Assembly: GCA_965644495.1 (NCBI GenBank)
Contig: CBFFSA010000004.1
Location: 1,054,001 to 1,118,000 of the forward strand
DNA length: 64,000 nt
Direction: 5' to 3'
From: Perkinsela sp. CCAP 1560/9
Taxonomy: Eukaryota > Protista > Euglenozoa: Kinetoplastea
Below the pieces are notes generated by a model. It had not been told where the DNA came from and searched no databases. It saw nothing but the letters and a program-made list of their open reading frames with translations. Of this stretch, positions 39,657 to 50,301 are shown one piece after another (position 1 is the first letter of the stretch; every line of letters begins with the position of its first letter). The translations under genes were made by a program, and so were the position numbers.

Positions 39657-40388
39657 ATGTCCGACATCGAGGAACCTCCTACCAAAAGGTCACGAGTAGG
39701 AAAAATTTCGAGCATTTCTTTGCCTGTCGAAATCGAATTCGTACGCTTTATTCGAGACATTCAGAACCCCTACGCCTCCTGGGACGGGGAGACTCAAATC
39801 AGTGAGTGGAGCGGAATCCGCCGATCGCACGAGACACACTATCACATACATTGGAGTAATCGAAATCTTCGCGGATCCTTGTACTGGGAGTGTATTCCTC
39901 CGAATATCGTTTCTCTTGATCTCACAGCCAATCAACTACGCGGGAACGTGACTTTGGCGTTTGTTCCGTCCTGTTGTCATCGAATAAAACTCGGTCATAA
40001 CTCATTTGGTCCGGGCTTGGATATGTCGGTGTTGCCGCAGTCGTTACAAATCCTTGACCTGTCAGAAAATCGATTTCGAACGCCCTTGGAACTGCGGAAT
40101 CTCCCGCGACAACTTACACATCTGATATTGCATCACAACAGCTTTACAGGTACTCTTCGTATGTCTGATGTTCCCGCTTCATTGTCTCTTCTAGATGTTC
40201 AGTACAATAAAATTACACTTTTGGAGTCGGCCGAGACACCTTGTACCGTTCGGTACAACGACAATCCATTCCGCAATAGTTTAGGAAAGGGACAGCCTAT
40301 CCTTGATGATTTGTTTCACGAAACAGCGTCTAAAGGGCAACCCTCAGTGAAGGATTTGTTTCACAAACAGAAGGCTTCACCTGAGTAG
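39657..40388 (+). CDS. Leucine-rich repeat protein
   Basis: SRVGK...W..SEWSGI cap plus LRRs. Confidence 0.85.
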   Translation: MSDIEEPPTKRSRVGKISSISLPVEIEFVRFIRDIQNPYASWDGETQISEWSGIRRSHETHYHIHWSNRNLRGSLYWECIPPNIVSLDLTANQLRGNVTLAFVPSCCHRIKLGHNSFGPGLDMSVLPQSLQILDLSENRFRTPLELRNLPRQLTHLILHHNSFTGTLRMSDVPASLSLLDVQYNKITLLESAETPCTVRYNDNPFRNSLGKGQPILDDLFHETASKGQPSVKDLFHKQKASPE

Positions 40389-40761
40389 AATTTGTGAATT
40401 AGAGGTGTATCCTAGAGGCGGGATCCTAGAACTATTGGTTGGTGAAGTAGAAGATGCGCTTCTGGAGTCATTAATTTCAACATTTATAGCGAATGTTACT
40501 TTCTGACGCCCGGTTTTTGGTTAAAATATGGATGCTTTCTTGCTAAATATTCTGGAACGGCTTACATTTTGCTCACAGGATCTTTTTTTTCTTAATTTTA
40601 ATTTAATTGGCGATTCAAATTGTTATTCCTTCACTACAACACAACTGCATGCTATTTCCCTGAACGCGCTTGAAGTCTTTTTTGCTTTTTTTCAGTTTAT
40701 GTATTCTGTTTTATCCTAAGAAGGATTTTTGACTACGATATCATCGTACTTTATTTTGTAA

Positions 40762-41595
40762 ATGTGTGAAATTTCGAGTCAGGAACTGACCTTAACTTCA
40801 GTTTACTATGATGTGCGAAAACCACCAAGACAGGTGCTCAAATTTCTGTTGATGTTCTTCTCGTCCATTCTTGTATTACAATTCACGTTTCTTCGTTCCA
40901 TCAGATTCGATCGCGTAAATCATAGAAAATCTTATAGGAATCCTGAACAAGAAGAACATGATCAACACTCCTCCAATGCGCTCAATTTTAGTTCCACAGG
41001 TAGTGAAAAATTGAAGCTCGAAGGCTTCTACCTCAACGAAATTGTGATTGAACTTTTCTTGTTACTAAACACCCTTAGCGATAGTATCTTTGATGAGTTG
41101 AAATCGTGGTACGACTTGTTTCAGAGAAAAAAGCACGTAACTTGTGGTGCGGGCATCTGGAATACCTGGCTCCACCGATTCCAAGTTCCGTCCTACATTC
41201 CGCTCCTACTGAACAATCTGATAATTGCCAGCATTACAGGGACTCTACTTTATACCTTCCTTTTCTACGTTGCATCGGAATCTCTTGCATTGTACGAAGA
41301 CGTTGGACTGCAACTAGAAGGATATTCTTACTTCGGATTACAATGTTATCACCGTTTTATTCCTTGGGACCGTATACATGGAGTGTACATCAACGAAAAC
41401 TTTCATCGTTTTCAGGTAATTTATGTCCTTTGCATAGTATGGAGAGATTCCACGTCTCATATTCGAACAAGTGTCGCTTTCCAAGAAACATTGCCTCGCA
41501 TTGCACTCCTACAAAAGGTGTACAAAAGACTGCAATATTCGCTTTGTCATAGCGAAGAATGCTCTTATTCTGTCCCGTCGACGAAAGCTCCATAA
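40762..41595 (+). CDS. PIGH: GPI-GlcNAc transferase subunit PIG-H
   Basis: ESLAL..VGLQL, RFIPWDRIHGVYINENFHRFQVIYVLCIV and FQETLPRIALLQKVY. Confidence 0.88.
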   Translation: MCEISSQELTLTSVYYDVRKPPRQVLKFLLMFFSSILVLQFTFLRSIRFDRVNHRKSYRNPEQEEHDQHSSNALNFSSTGSEKLKLEGFYLNEIVIELFLLLNTLSDSIFDELKSWYDLFQRKKHVTCGAGIWNTWLHRFQVPSYIPLLLNNLIIASITGTLLYTFLFYVASESLALYEDVGLQLEGYSYFGLQCYHRFIPWDRIHGVYINENFHRFQVIYVLCIVWRDSTSHIRTSVAFQETLPRIALLQKVYKRLQYSLCHSEECSYSVPSTKAP

Positions 41596-41750
41596 TTTCA
41601 TTTCTGTGTATTGAGACTTCAAAAGACTTACTGTTTGGCCTGCTTTTTTTCATACTACATCGCAATGTTTGTGATTTAAGCCTCTGAGATACATGAGATT
41701 CTAGATATTCTTGATTGATTTATTTTTTTCGTAAGCCCTTTTGTACCACA

Positions 41751-42326
41751 ATGTTTCGCCCCTCCTCTACATTACTCATGACGATTTTCATGATCGTCGT
41801 GCTCCGTACCGTTGACATGACAAAGATCGAAACGCTTCACCGCATTTACCTTGTGTACGTCACTGTACACGGCCTACTGGCTCTCGCCCTGATTGATTTG
41901 TATTTCCGTATTCTCCGACGAGCCGATCACACGAAACTTTGCTACAAGGAACCAAAGTCATTGGGCTCCGGACTTCAACCACAGGAAGGGGACGGAAACA
42001 CCGAAACGACACATATGAACTATGATCTCGCAAAATGGCGCGAGTTGGCCTTTTCTCGACTTTTTCTTGGTGTGCTTATTTTGTGCTTCGTGCACTACAA
42101 ATGGGGCGTAGTGCCGCCGCTGCTGTATCAGTGCGTCCATCACCCCATGACGTTGTACAACAGTCCGATTTTCCAAATCCACACGTTGGGCAAACGTGCT
42201 TATGATAATCTACAGCGCCCTTTTGCTGAACCCAATGCGCTGCTTCGAATGACGCAAGGTGCAGAGGAAAATGCGAAGCCCTCTCGCGCAGAGCGACGAA
42301 GAGAAAAATCGGAGTCGACCGAATAA
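41751..42326 (+). CDS. PHO88/SND3-family ER membrane protein
   Basis: YKEP...TTHMNYDL...HYKWGVVPPLLYQ...PIFQIHTLGK.A..NLQRPF. Confidence 0.88.
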   Translation: MFRPSSTLLMTIFMIVVLRTVDMTKIETLHRIYLVYVTVHGLLALALIDLYFRILRRADHTKLCYKEPKSLGSGLQPQEGDGNTETTHMNYDLAKWRELAFSRLFLGVLILCFVHYKWGVVPPLLYQCVHHPMTLYNSPIFQIHTLGKRAYDNLQRPFAEPNALLRMTQGAEENAKPSRAERRREKSESTE

Positions 42327-42686
42327 AAAACGAGCGAATAAAGCCAGTGGCTCTAATTATTAAACCATCCGCTTTTTATACGAGTTTTACAGTATGTATG
42401 TTGAGATCCCTAATGCATGTTTTTTAATCTCTCTTTGTAACGCTAATCACATGCTTTTGCTTATTTAGCTTTCGCATTATTTCTTCTTCCCTTCTTTCTT
42501 TCCTTGATTTTTGCGTAGATGTTGTGCGGTGGGCTACGTATGGCAAACCACTTGTATCGTAAAAACGATTAGGCGCTTCTCTTTCATATACAGGATAAGT
42601 CCTCTTCAAAAGCAGTCACACTGCTTGGTTATTGTAAATGTTTCTTTGAGCATTCTCCATTAAATTTTTTAAACACGTACCGAACA

Positions 42687-43460
42687 ATGAATTGCCCACT
42701 TCTATTTTCATCGCAGCCTTCTCGAAATCGAGATTGTTCCTTGATTCACCTTCTCTTTGATTTAATACAGGCAGATGTCAAACTAGGTGACTGTGTAGCC
42801 CAACGATGTGCAGCAGAGTTTTTGCATCGACTGCGGGCGTTAGATACGTATGAAGACTTTCCTGTAGATTATCGGCGCATGTTCAGCGTGTACATCATTC
42901 TGACTGATGTTCGAAAGAACGTATCGGATATTACTGCTCTCCGAGACATGTGTCAACGTTTAAAAGAAATAGACATCGTGAATAAATTGAAATTGCTATT
43001 AGATTCATATGAATCTTTATCGAATGCAACATCGAACTCATACAAAGAGTTGAATCTTTTGTCGCGTATGTTGGAAAAGTTTGAAACGGGATCCGTAGAT
43101 GAACAATGTGAAGTTGCTGAGTTGGAAGCTTTATCAAAGTATGCTCAAAACACGACATTGAACGTATGCTGCTTCGTCATAGAAACACTCTCTAGGAATA
43201 TGAGCAGTGAGACAAATACCTCAAATGATGTAGTCGGAAGATCGCACCATCCATCCATTTATTTTCACGTCACGTATGATGCGAAGTCCGAGCATCAACC
43301 ACGTCGCAAAGATCAATGTGAGCTGTTCAACAATGCTACGAAAGCGATGCACGTTCAAAGGACCTACGCACTAAGACACCATTCAATGTCAACCTCGTCT
43401 CACAATATCGAAGGTGGCAACAAGAGCGCGTACATCCTTCTAGAGGAGCAATACTCATAG
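42687..43460 (+). CDS. Hypothetical protein
   Basis: 257-aa ATG-initiated ORF on the cluster strand. Confidence 0.6.
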   Translation: MNCPLLFSSQPSRNRDCSLIHLLFDLIQADVKLGDCVAQRCAAEFLHRLRALDTYEDFPVDYRRMFSVYIILTDVRKNVSDITALRDMCQRLKEIDIVNKLKLLLDSYESLSNATSNSYKELNLLSRMLEKFETGSVDEQCEVAELEALSKYAQNTTLNVCCFVIETLSRNMSSETNTSNDVVGRSHHPSIYFHVTYDAKSEHQPRRKDQCELFNNATKAMHVQRTYALRHHSMSTSSHNIEGGNKSAYILLEEQYS

Positions 43461-43705
43461 GCATGGGTTGCACGTGACTAGAGTATGCTGGGTATCTTTT
43501 TTTCTGATTTATTTGATTTCTACACTTGAGGGTGAAGCCTTAAAGATTTTAATGCACGGTGCGAATTGTTCTGTTTTGGCTACACTAAATAACAACGCTA
43601 ATTCATTTCTTCTGCTTGGAAAATCTTTATCTACCTGTCGTATTTTCACGAGAAATCAATGTCATTTTTATAGCACAGACTGTTCACATCGTGATTGGAA
43701 AGTGA

Positions 43706-45730
43706 ATGGGACGTCTTGCGCTATATTCCGATGTGAGTGGTGTACATTGGATAGATTTTTCTGAGGAAGAGTTGCCATCTGAGGAATTCAATCGTAATTC
43801 GAAGCATACTGTACGTCTTCCAGATGCCCTCAAAGCAAAACGAAAACCTGTCCAACCGACGGAGGACATCTGCTTGCCGCCAGACTTGTTAGCACTGAAG
43901 TGGCGCCCTTCACAGTATACCGAACTCCTCAGCGATGAAACCTGCAACCTGCAAGTTATGGCCTACTTTCAATCATACGCTGAACTATTCCAAAAGCAAT
44001 CGACAGCCACACGGCACGAGGAGGATGCGGACGTTCCTTATCGCGCATTGTTACTCACCGGACCCCCTGGAGTGGGTAAGAGTACTGTGTGTAACGTCAT
44101 AGCCTCCCACTGGGGATTCCACACAATAGAGATCAACGCGAGTAGGGAGCGTAGTGAGGGGGCCCTCGCAAAGACGCTTCAAACCGTCCTGCAGGCCGCA
44201 AAGAATCAGTCCATTGCGGAGGGTGAAGGGAAAAACTTTCTTCTCATTGAGGAGGTAGATGGGATTTCTCCCAGTGGACTCAGCGCGTTGACGAATCATG
44301 GGCTAAAGTCCAACGTGCCGGTCCCGATTATATGCATTGCAAATGACTTGTACACACCCACGTTGCGCACATTGAGGCAACAGAGCGTGGTTGGGGTCAT
44401 ACAGTTTCCCGCTGTCCAGGAGTCACGTATGGCCTCTCGATTTCTTCGCATCATCACTAGTGAGGGGCTATATCCCTCTCTCGGGCCTACAGAGAAGTCC
44501 ATGTTAGTAAAACGCATTGCGGCGACCTCCGAAGGGGATATGCGAAAAGGTCTCAATCTTCTTCAGTTTGCTTTTCTTCCCGCAGAAACGGATGAAGTCG
44601 AAGGCTCAGCTCTCACAAGCACACCATTTCATCTCTGGAAACGTGTATTCCGAAGAGGGTCGTTGGAGGATGAGGCCACCAAAAAGCTGGTGCATGTGCG
44701 TGAACTGGCTGCTAAACTTCGGAATTTTGAAGACCTTGCTTTAGCCTCCGCAGGGGTGTATGAGAACTATCTGAGTTATTTGGGCACTGGGGACTACACA
44801 TATGACCGCGGATTACACACATGTAGGGCAGCGGAATGGTGGACAACCAGCGATCGCAGAAAACAAACAGTTGCTGACACGGATATGGTATGTGCGGCTG
44901 TAGCCGCCACTCATATTTCTTGCCAGGGCCATCGAACCGCCACACCCTCCTTGCATTGGCCTCGCTGCGCGAGCGCATGCACCTCACTTAGCGGAATACG
45001 ACAAGGCGAGCTAACCGAGCTCTCTCAGTTATACACCGTGAACAGAGGCGTGTTTATGAGCCCGTGGGATGTATTACTGGAGTACGTACCGTGTGTGCAT
45101 TCCCTCTGTACGGCCTTACGAGAGAAAATGCCCTCTGCGAGATCGGTTTCTCATTTGGACATGCTATCCGCGGAAAGGATCGCATACGTTTCATATGTCG
45201 CGGAAGTGTTGCGGTGCTACGCCCCGTCCCTACTCACTTCTGGGATACATGCAGCGTCTACCGCGCGTCTGTCCGCGAAGAACCGATTCGCCAATCAGAA
45301 AGTGGAGGTAGAATCAGATGCTGCGAATTCCGTGCATCTACTTGGCTCCTCTCTTCTTCCTGTGCATGTGCAGGGTTTTCTGTGCGAAGCCTATGCTAGG
45401 CAAGGAAACCGAGACCAAAAGCATAAGGCCGGTTCCGGTACTTCGGCAGAAATTTCATCCGCATCTGGCCAAAGGAAATCGATGGGTAACTCAGTAAGTA
45501 AGACACGTGAGGCACAGAGCGATAAGATCGTAGAGCCACCGAAAAAGGTACAAAAGCGAAGGGATCCTTTTCATAAGTTTAGGAAGGTCACTGTTGAATC
45601 ATCAGACGGAAATAGCATCTCCGACTCGAAAAATACAAGCATAGTTACGGTACATAAGGTTCGGTACAAGCCTAGCGTCGCTACGACTTCATCGGTGCGA
45701 AGAGATGCCTTTATTGAAGATTTTCTGTAA
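43706..45730 (+). CDS. CTF18: CTF18 (RFC-like clamp-loader large subunit)
   Basis: KWRPSQYTELLSDE, GPPGVGKS, EINASRER, IEEVDG and PIICIANDLY; C-terminal VRYK...SVRR....DFL motif. Confidence 0.88.
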   Translation: MGRLALYSDVSGVHWIDFSEEELPSEEFNRNSKHTVRLPDALKAKRKPVQPTEDICLPPDLLALKWRPSQYTELLSDETCNLQVMAYFQSYAELFQKQSTATRHEEDADVPYRALLLTGPPGVGKSTVCNVIASHWGFHTIEINASRERSEGALAKTLQTVLQAAKNQSIAEGEGKNFLLIEEVDGISPSGLSALTNHGLKSNVPVPIICIANDLYTPTLRTLRQQSVVGVIQFPAVQESRMASRFLRIITSEGLYPSLGPTEKSMLVKRIAATSEGDMRKGLNLLQFAFLPAETDEVEGSALTSTPFHLWKRVFRRGSLEDEATKKLVHVRELAAKLRNFEDLALASAGVYENYLSYLGTGDYTYDRGLHTCRAAEWWTTSDRRKQTVADTDMVCAAVAATHISCQGHRTATPSLHWPRCASACTSLSGIRQGELTELSQLYTVNRGVFMSPWDVLLEYVPCVHSLCTALREKMPSARSVSHLDMLSAERIAYVSYVAEVLRCYAPSLLTSGIHAASTARLSAKNRFANQKVEVESDAANSVHLLGSSLLPVHVQGFLCEAYARQGNRDQKHKAGSGTSAEISSASGQRKSMGNSVSKTREAQSDKIVEPPKKVQKRRDPFHKFRKVTVESSDGNSISDSKNTSIVTVHKVRYKPSVATTSSVRRDAFIEDFL

Positions 45731-46037
45731 ATGGTGCCATCATTTCTGTATTTCGCATGCCCTGTTGCAGAATTTTTTACACGCCTACGGTTTTTCTATC
45801 ATATAAAATTGGCATTGTCAACAGACGAGTGGCAATAATATTTTACTTCAAACTAACATCTCTGATTCATATTTTTTTGCATAGGGGAGACCTGAAAACA
45901 CAACGGCTGTGTATTGAACCAATCATTTCCTTTCTCTAAGCAGTGAATGATTAGTAAATGATCAAATTGTTCCCTACAGTGGTGAATTAGAAGGTAAGAA
46001 ATATTGATGTATGGCTAGTCACTCGGGCCTATGAATA

Positions 46038-46766
46038 ATGTCCACCGCTGAGAAACTTGTGAGAAATATGGAAAAGCAAACTGACGAGGAAGCACCCCTT
46101 AACTCCACTCGATACATCTCCCTACTGATTCGAATACATAGCACAGCCCATGTAAAAAAGGATACCGGGGTTGAGTCGCATCGTCTCTATGACTGGAAAG
46201 TGCAACTCACACCCTTGGAAGGATACGAAGAACTTCTCTCCTCAATTCTTGAGCGAGTTGTTTTTGAACTCCATCCAACTTTTGACACTCCTCTGCGGTC
46301 GGTATCCTCTCCTGGGCCCTACGTGATTACTGAGGAGGGCTGGGGGCAGTTCGACATGGGTGTGTGTCTGTACTTAACCCATGGAGAGGTATACCGCACT
46401 ACCCATGCGCTGCGCCTCACTCCTCACACCCCTCCTCCCCTTACTCTCTCTAAACATGCAAACTCCCCGGTGGGGTCCAAGCGTGTGAAGCCCACAGAGC
46501 CGAGTGCAGCTCCTCCAATGAGTTCCAGTCCCGTGGAATCCGACACGATTGAGGAACTCTTCATTCCTACTCGTATGGTGAAGGAAGAGGTTCTCTTGCG
46601 TTTACCTCCGAGACAGGTGTTCGAGGAGGAACAAGCCCAGTTGGATATTTTAGAAGAATATCACAAGGCCATTGCACGTGATACGCAAAGTCTGCGTCAA
46701 AAGATCCACGAGAGTTGTCAAAAAATGGTTACAAGGGGGATGAAAATTGAACCTGCGTATGAATGA
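46038..46766 (+). CDS. YEATS-domain protein (Yaf9/GAS41-like)
   Basis: ERVVFELHPTFDTPLR...PYVITEEGWGQFD...HALRL plus a C-terminal coiled coil. Confidence 0.9.
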   Translation: MSTAEKLVRNMEKQTDEEAPLNSTRYISLLIRIHSTAHVKKDTGVESHRLYDWKVQLTPLEGYEELLSSILERVVFELHPTFDTPLRSVSSPGPYVITEEGWGQFDMGVCLYLTHGEVYRTTHALRLTPHTPPPLTLSKHANSPVGSKRVKPTEPSAAPPMSSSPVESDTIEELFIPTRMVKEEVLLRLPPRQVFEEEQAQLDILEEYHKAIARDTQSLRQKIHESCQKMVTRGMKIEPAYE

Positions 46767-46917
46767 ATAGAATAGAAATAGGTTTCTCCACATGACAAGT
46801 CATTTTATGTATGATGGGTCCTACTATTGATTTTCACGTCAATATTCTTACTGTACGCTCACTGTTTTATTTCTCATAGCATTGTTCAGTATCAACCTTA
46901 TCACATACACTGACTGG

Positions 46918-47823
46918 ATGATTCCTCAAAAGTCGTCTCTACGAATTTCAGCCGAACTAGTTGATGAAAAACGTGTGTGTTCTATTATTGGCGATGTGCG
47001 CGAAACGCTCACTACTAAATCCGCAAGTTTCACTGTTGAGGAATTAGAAATCCTTTTATCTACGAAAGAAATTTATCCTGACACAAAAGAGCCCTTGGAA
47101 ATTTTATTCCGCTCACTGAGAGCTCAATTTGCGAAGTTCTTAAATCAAAATTGCGATTGCCGCCAAATAGTGAAAGAACTTGACAGATATTGTGAACGCG
47201 TGTTGCGACTGTGGGGTTCCTCTCGTACTCGAATTCTGCGTATTTCAAAACCCTTCCTAGAAAAATGCAAAGGTGTTCTTGTCCACGGTCATAGTGAAAC
47301 GCTCTGCGAGGCTGTGTGCGATGCTACGCACAACTCCAATTTTAAGGTATATTTCACCCAGTGTACTCCGTTAAACCTTGGTGGACTTTCGGGCAAGTAT
47401 TTGGGTACAAGGAACAGTTCTACCCGTCAAACGCAGTGTCACGTTATACACGACGTATCCGTTTGGTCCTTTCTTTCGGAAGTACAGTGTGTGGTATTAG
47501 CAGCAAATGCTGTAACACCGCAAGGGGGGTGCATGTGTTCTACAGGAGCCTCGCAAGTTGCAACATTAGCAGCTTGCGCAAAAGTGGACGTCTATGTCAT
47601 AGCAGAAACATTCCGCTTTACGGAGCTATCTCCCATAAGTCTTCACGATGAGCAGATCTATTCTTCCTCATGCGGAGATCACACCGTCTCGAGGCCACTT
47701 GAATATGTAGACCCCAGCAATATTACTCTATATTTTACAGATGTGGGTGTATTCCAGCCCTCTAGTATGGCCGATGAAGTTCGGAACGCTTTCTGTGGAA
47801 AATTTCATCCCACAAATGATTAG
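46918..47823 (+). CDS. Translation initiation factor eIF2B alpha-like (IF-2B family)
   Basis: VLVHGHS, VVLAANAVTPQGG, GASQVATLA...VYVIAETFRF and EYVDPSNITLYFTDVG..PS. Confidence 0.85.
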   Translation: MIPQKSSLRISAELVDEKRVCSIIGDVRETLTTKSASFTVEELEILLSTKEIYPDTKEPLEILFRSLRAQFAKFLNQNCDCRQIVKELDRYCERVLRLWGSSRTRILRISKPFLEKCKGVLVHGHSETLCEAVCDATHNSNFKVYFTQCTPLNLGGLSGKYLGTRNSSTRQTQCHVIHDVSVWSFLSEVQCVVLAANAVTPQGGCMCSTGASQVATLAACAKVDVYVIAETFRFTELSPISLHDEQIYSSSCGDHTVSRPLEYVDPSNITLYFTDVGVFQPSSMADEVRNAFCGKFHPTND

Positions 47824-48030
47824 AATAAGGTGGGGCGAGATAGTGCCTTGTTGATGCACAGAAAATCTATCCTACGTTGCAATACCCTTTTGAAGCGAGA
47901 ACCAGGCACCTCGGCTTTAAGCTGTGTAACGCGCTACTTCCAAAAAGGATATTGTAGGAAACACTAAATTTATTTGAACTACGAATCTACTCAGGGGGGC
48001 GAAATTTAAACTTTCACGATGTCCTCTGTA

Positions 48031-48056
48031 GCCTGGGGGGACTAATTTCTGGACTG
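48031..48056. repeat. Tc1-type terminus related to 23042
   Basis: Reverse complement TA|CAGTCCAGAAATTAGTCCCCCCAGGC versus TA|CAGTCCAGGTATTGGTTTCCCCCCCCAGGC. Confidence 0.6.
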
Positions 48057-48058
48057 TA

Positions 48059-48328
48059 CACCCCCTTTCATTAATAATGATAATTGAAAAAAGATTTTTA
48101 CCTCGGACTGAAAATTACTCAAAAATTATCAAAAAGGTTTCATTCTATCGTAACTCCCCTTTAATCTTGTCTTGTTTTTTTCCCTTCGTAGACAAAGTAT
48201 CATACTACACACATGTATGTTTATTTCGGATCTCCCCTTATTGCCTTCATAAATAATGATAATAATAATGATAATGATAATCTCAGAAAATTTATTATTA
48301 TCATTATCATTATTTATGAGAGGGGGTG
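48059..48328. mobile_element. 270-bp TA-flanked MITE (Stowaway/mariner-like)
   Basis: TA|CACCCCCTTTCATTAATAATGATAAT ... ATTATCATTATTTATGAGAGGGGGTG|TA. Confidence 0.82.
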
Positions 48329-48474
48329 TAATCTGCTTTCAACTTGCCTTTTTTCCAGTTTTTAGTGTGTTCTCCAGGAATTTACATGCCGAATTGCACG
48401 TTAAGAATATTATTTTATTATGGATCTGCGATGCCACCTATACAATTTTACTGATTTGACTTTTTTGTAATATT

Positions 48475-48855
48475 ATGGTGCGCCTCTCTTCTCTTCAGGA
48501 TTTCGTCAACGCCTCTGCAGATTTGTATCAAGAGAATCCCAGCCGTACTCGTTACTCCCTAAAAATTCGCGCAGCACCTCCAAAAAGTGGAATCGTTTGG
48601 AAAGCCACTGATGGAAAGTACACTTTAAACTGGGCCTCCGGCTCAAACGATGTGACAGCAGATTGCTTGGACCCTTTAATACAGTTTTCTAAAATTATGA
48701 GCGAAAATGGAGAATTCGATGAAACAAACGATTACGACGTCAATGTCATCATTAATTCAGAACCACCACAGGAATTTATGGCAGAAATCTCAGCCAAAAG
48801 AAAGAAAAGGCGACGCACGAGTAATAAGAGAAAGAAGGAGAAATTATATGAATAA
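48475..48855 (+). CDS. Signal recognition particle SRP9/SRP21-like protein
   Basis: MVRLSSLQDFVNASADLYQENPSRTRYSLKIR...VWKATDG follows the SRP9 pattern (F..A...LY..DP...R..LKYR...VKVTD); basic tail as in fungal and plant SRP9/21. Confidence 0.72.
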   Translation: MVRLSSLQDFVNASADLYQENPSRTRYSLKIRAAPPKSGIVWKATDGKYTLNWASGSNDVTADCLDPLIQFSKIMSENGEFDETNDYDVNVIINSEPPQEFMAEISAKRKKRRRTSNKRKKEKLYE

Positions 48856-49096
48856 TGAGATTGGGGATCTGACAACTGCAAAATAACGAGTACAAAAAAA
48901 AAGTACATTTTTGTTTTTCACGAATTGGAATACTAACCCTGTGAAGTACTAATGATGCGCTTTACTTTGGTTTGTATTTCGCTATCATACAGTAATATCG
49001 CTAGTGTAAAAAAATGGGTGTTTTGCTTTCATTCATTTTAACACCAAATATCGCTGAATTAAGTGCTAGATTGTTTCCTATACCGAGTTTCCACTC

Positions 49097-49861
49097 ATGT
49101 CAGAACAAAGCCCCGAAGTTAATGCTCCACACATTATAGTGATTGGTCCGCCAGGAGGCGGAAAAGGGACCTTGTGCGATACGTTAGCCCAACGTTATGT
49201 ACATCTCTCCACTGGAGACTTGTTGCGAGCTGAAATCAGCAAAGGAACTGAATTAGGCAAACAAGTGGAGTCAAAAATGCGACAGGGATCGCTAGTCCCG
49301 GACGATGTCGTAACCTCTCTGATACATCAGCGTGTTTCACAACCGGATTGCCAATCTCGCGGCTTTATCCTTGATGGGATTCCTCGAACTCCGAATCAAG
49401 TCAAAGGACTGCAACTCTCGGTGGACATTGTCATTGTGTTACATGTCCCCGCGGAATGCTTGGTGAGTCGTTTAACAAACCGCCGGCTGGATCCGGTAAC
49501 GGGTAAGATCTACAACTTAAAGACTAACATGCCATCGGAGAAAAAGATACAGGAACGGTTGCGACAGCGCCCGGATGATTTTCCGGAGACCATTCGCCGT
49601 CGTCTTGCCTCCTATGAGAGGAATCTACGCGAAATTATACACGAACTACGACGCGGGACCTCTCGGTTTGGAGGTCCCGATCTCACGCTGGATCACACTC
49701 CGTATCGATGTGCACCACATTTCATTCACCTTGACGGCACACACGCCCCAGATGTAGTCGCCAATCATTGCCAGCAGCAGCTAGAATATTTCTCATCGAT
49801 TATGGCATTTTCTCCCTCCCAAATAGGTAACCAGAAGGAACCGATTAATAGTAAACTATAA
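49097..49861 (+). CDS. Adenylate kinase
   Basis: GPPGGGKGT, HLSTGDLLRAE, GFILDGIPRT, RRLDPVTGKIY and QRPDD. Confidence 0.95.
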   Translation: MSEQSPEVNAPHIIVIGPPGGGKGTLCDTLAQRYVHLSTGDLLRAEISKGTELGKQVESKMRQGSLVPDDVVTSLIHQRVSQPDCQSRGFILDGIPRTPNQVKGLQLSVDIVIVLHVPAECLVSRLTNRRLDPVTGKIYNLKTNMPSEKKIQERLRQRPDDFPETIRRRLASYERNLREIIHELRRGTSRFGGPDLTLDHTPYRCAPHFIHLDGTHAPDVVANHCQQQLEYFSSIMAFSPSQIGNQKEPINSKL

Positions 49862-50301
49862 GTCACGCAAAAATATTAATTTTGGATTTTTTTTGGAAAT
49901 TCTTATGGGGAAGTAGGTAACTTAGTAGTTTATCATTTCTCTTCTACGACGTCAGTCGAGGAGGAAAAACACATTATACGCACACCGAATTTCATTTTTC
50001 TGTGATCATACAGGGTATATTTTTCTTTCTTTCCAAGCAAAAGGAAATGGGCTATGTACGCTGGGCATCGCACAATGATTCAACGTAGATTTTCTAAAAT
50101 AAAGTAACCCGTTTTTAACCAATATCTACATTGATATAAAGGTCATAACCAAGATGTACGTGTATGATTTATCAACTACGTTACGCATGCTAAGCTAATC
50201 CATTTTATTACAGATACTACCGTAGCGCGTAAAACCACTGAAAAAAAATATCTTTATAAGTTCAAAGCTTCTTTTGATCGTTACTCTGATTGATCCACGA
50301 T

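Noticed and set aside
42424-42609. 61-aa minus-strand ORF
   Set aside because: No ATG, opposite to the cluster strand, no motif.
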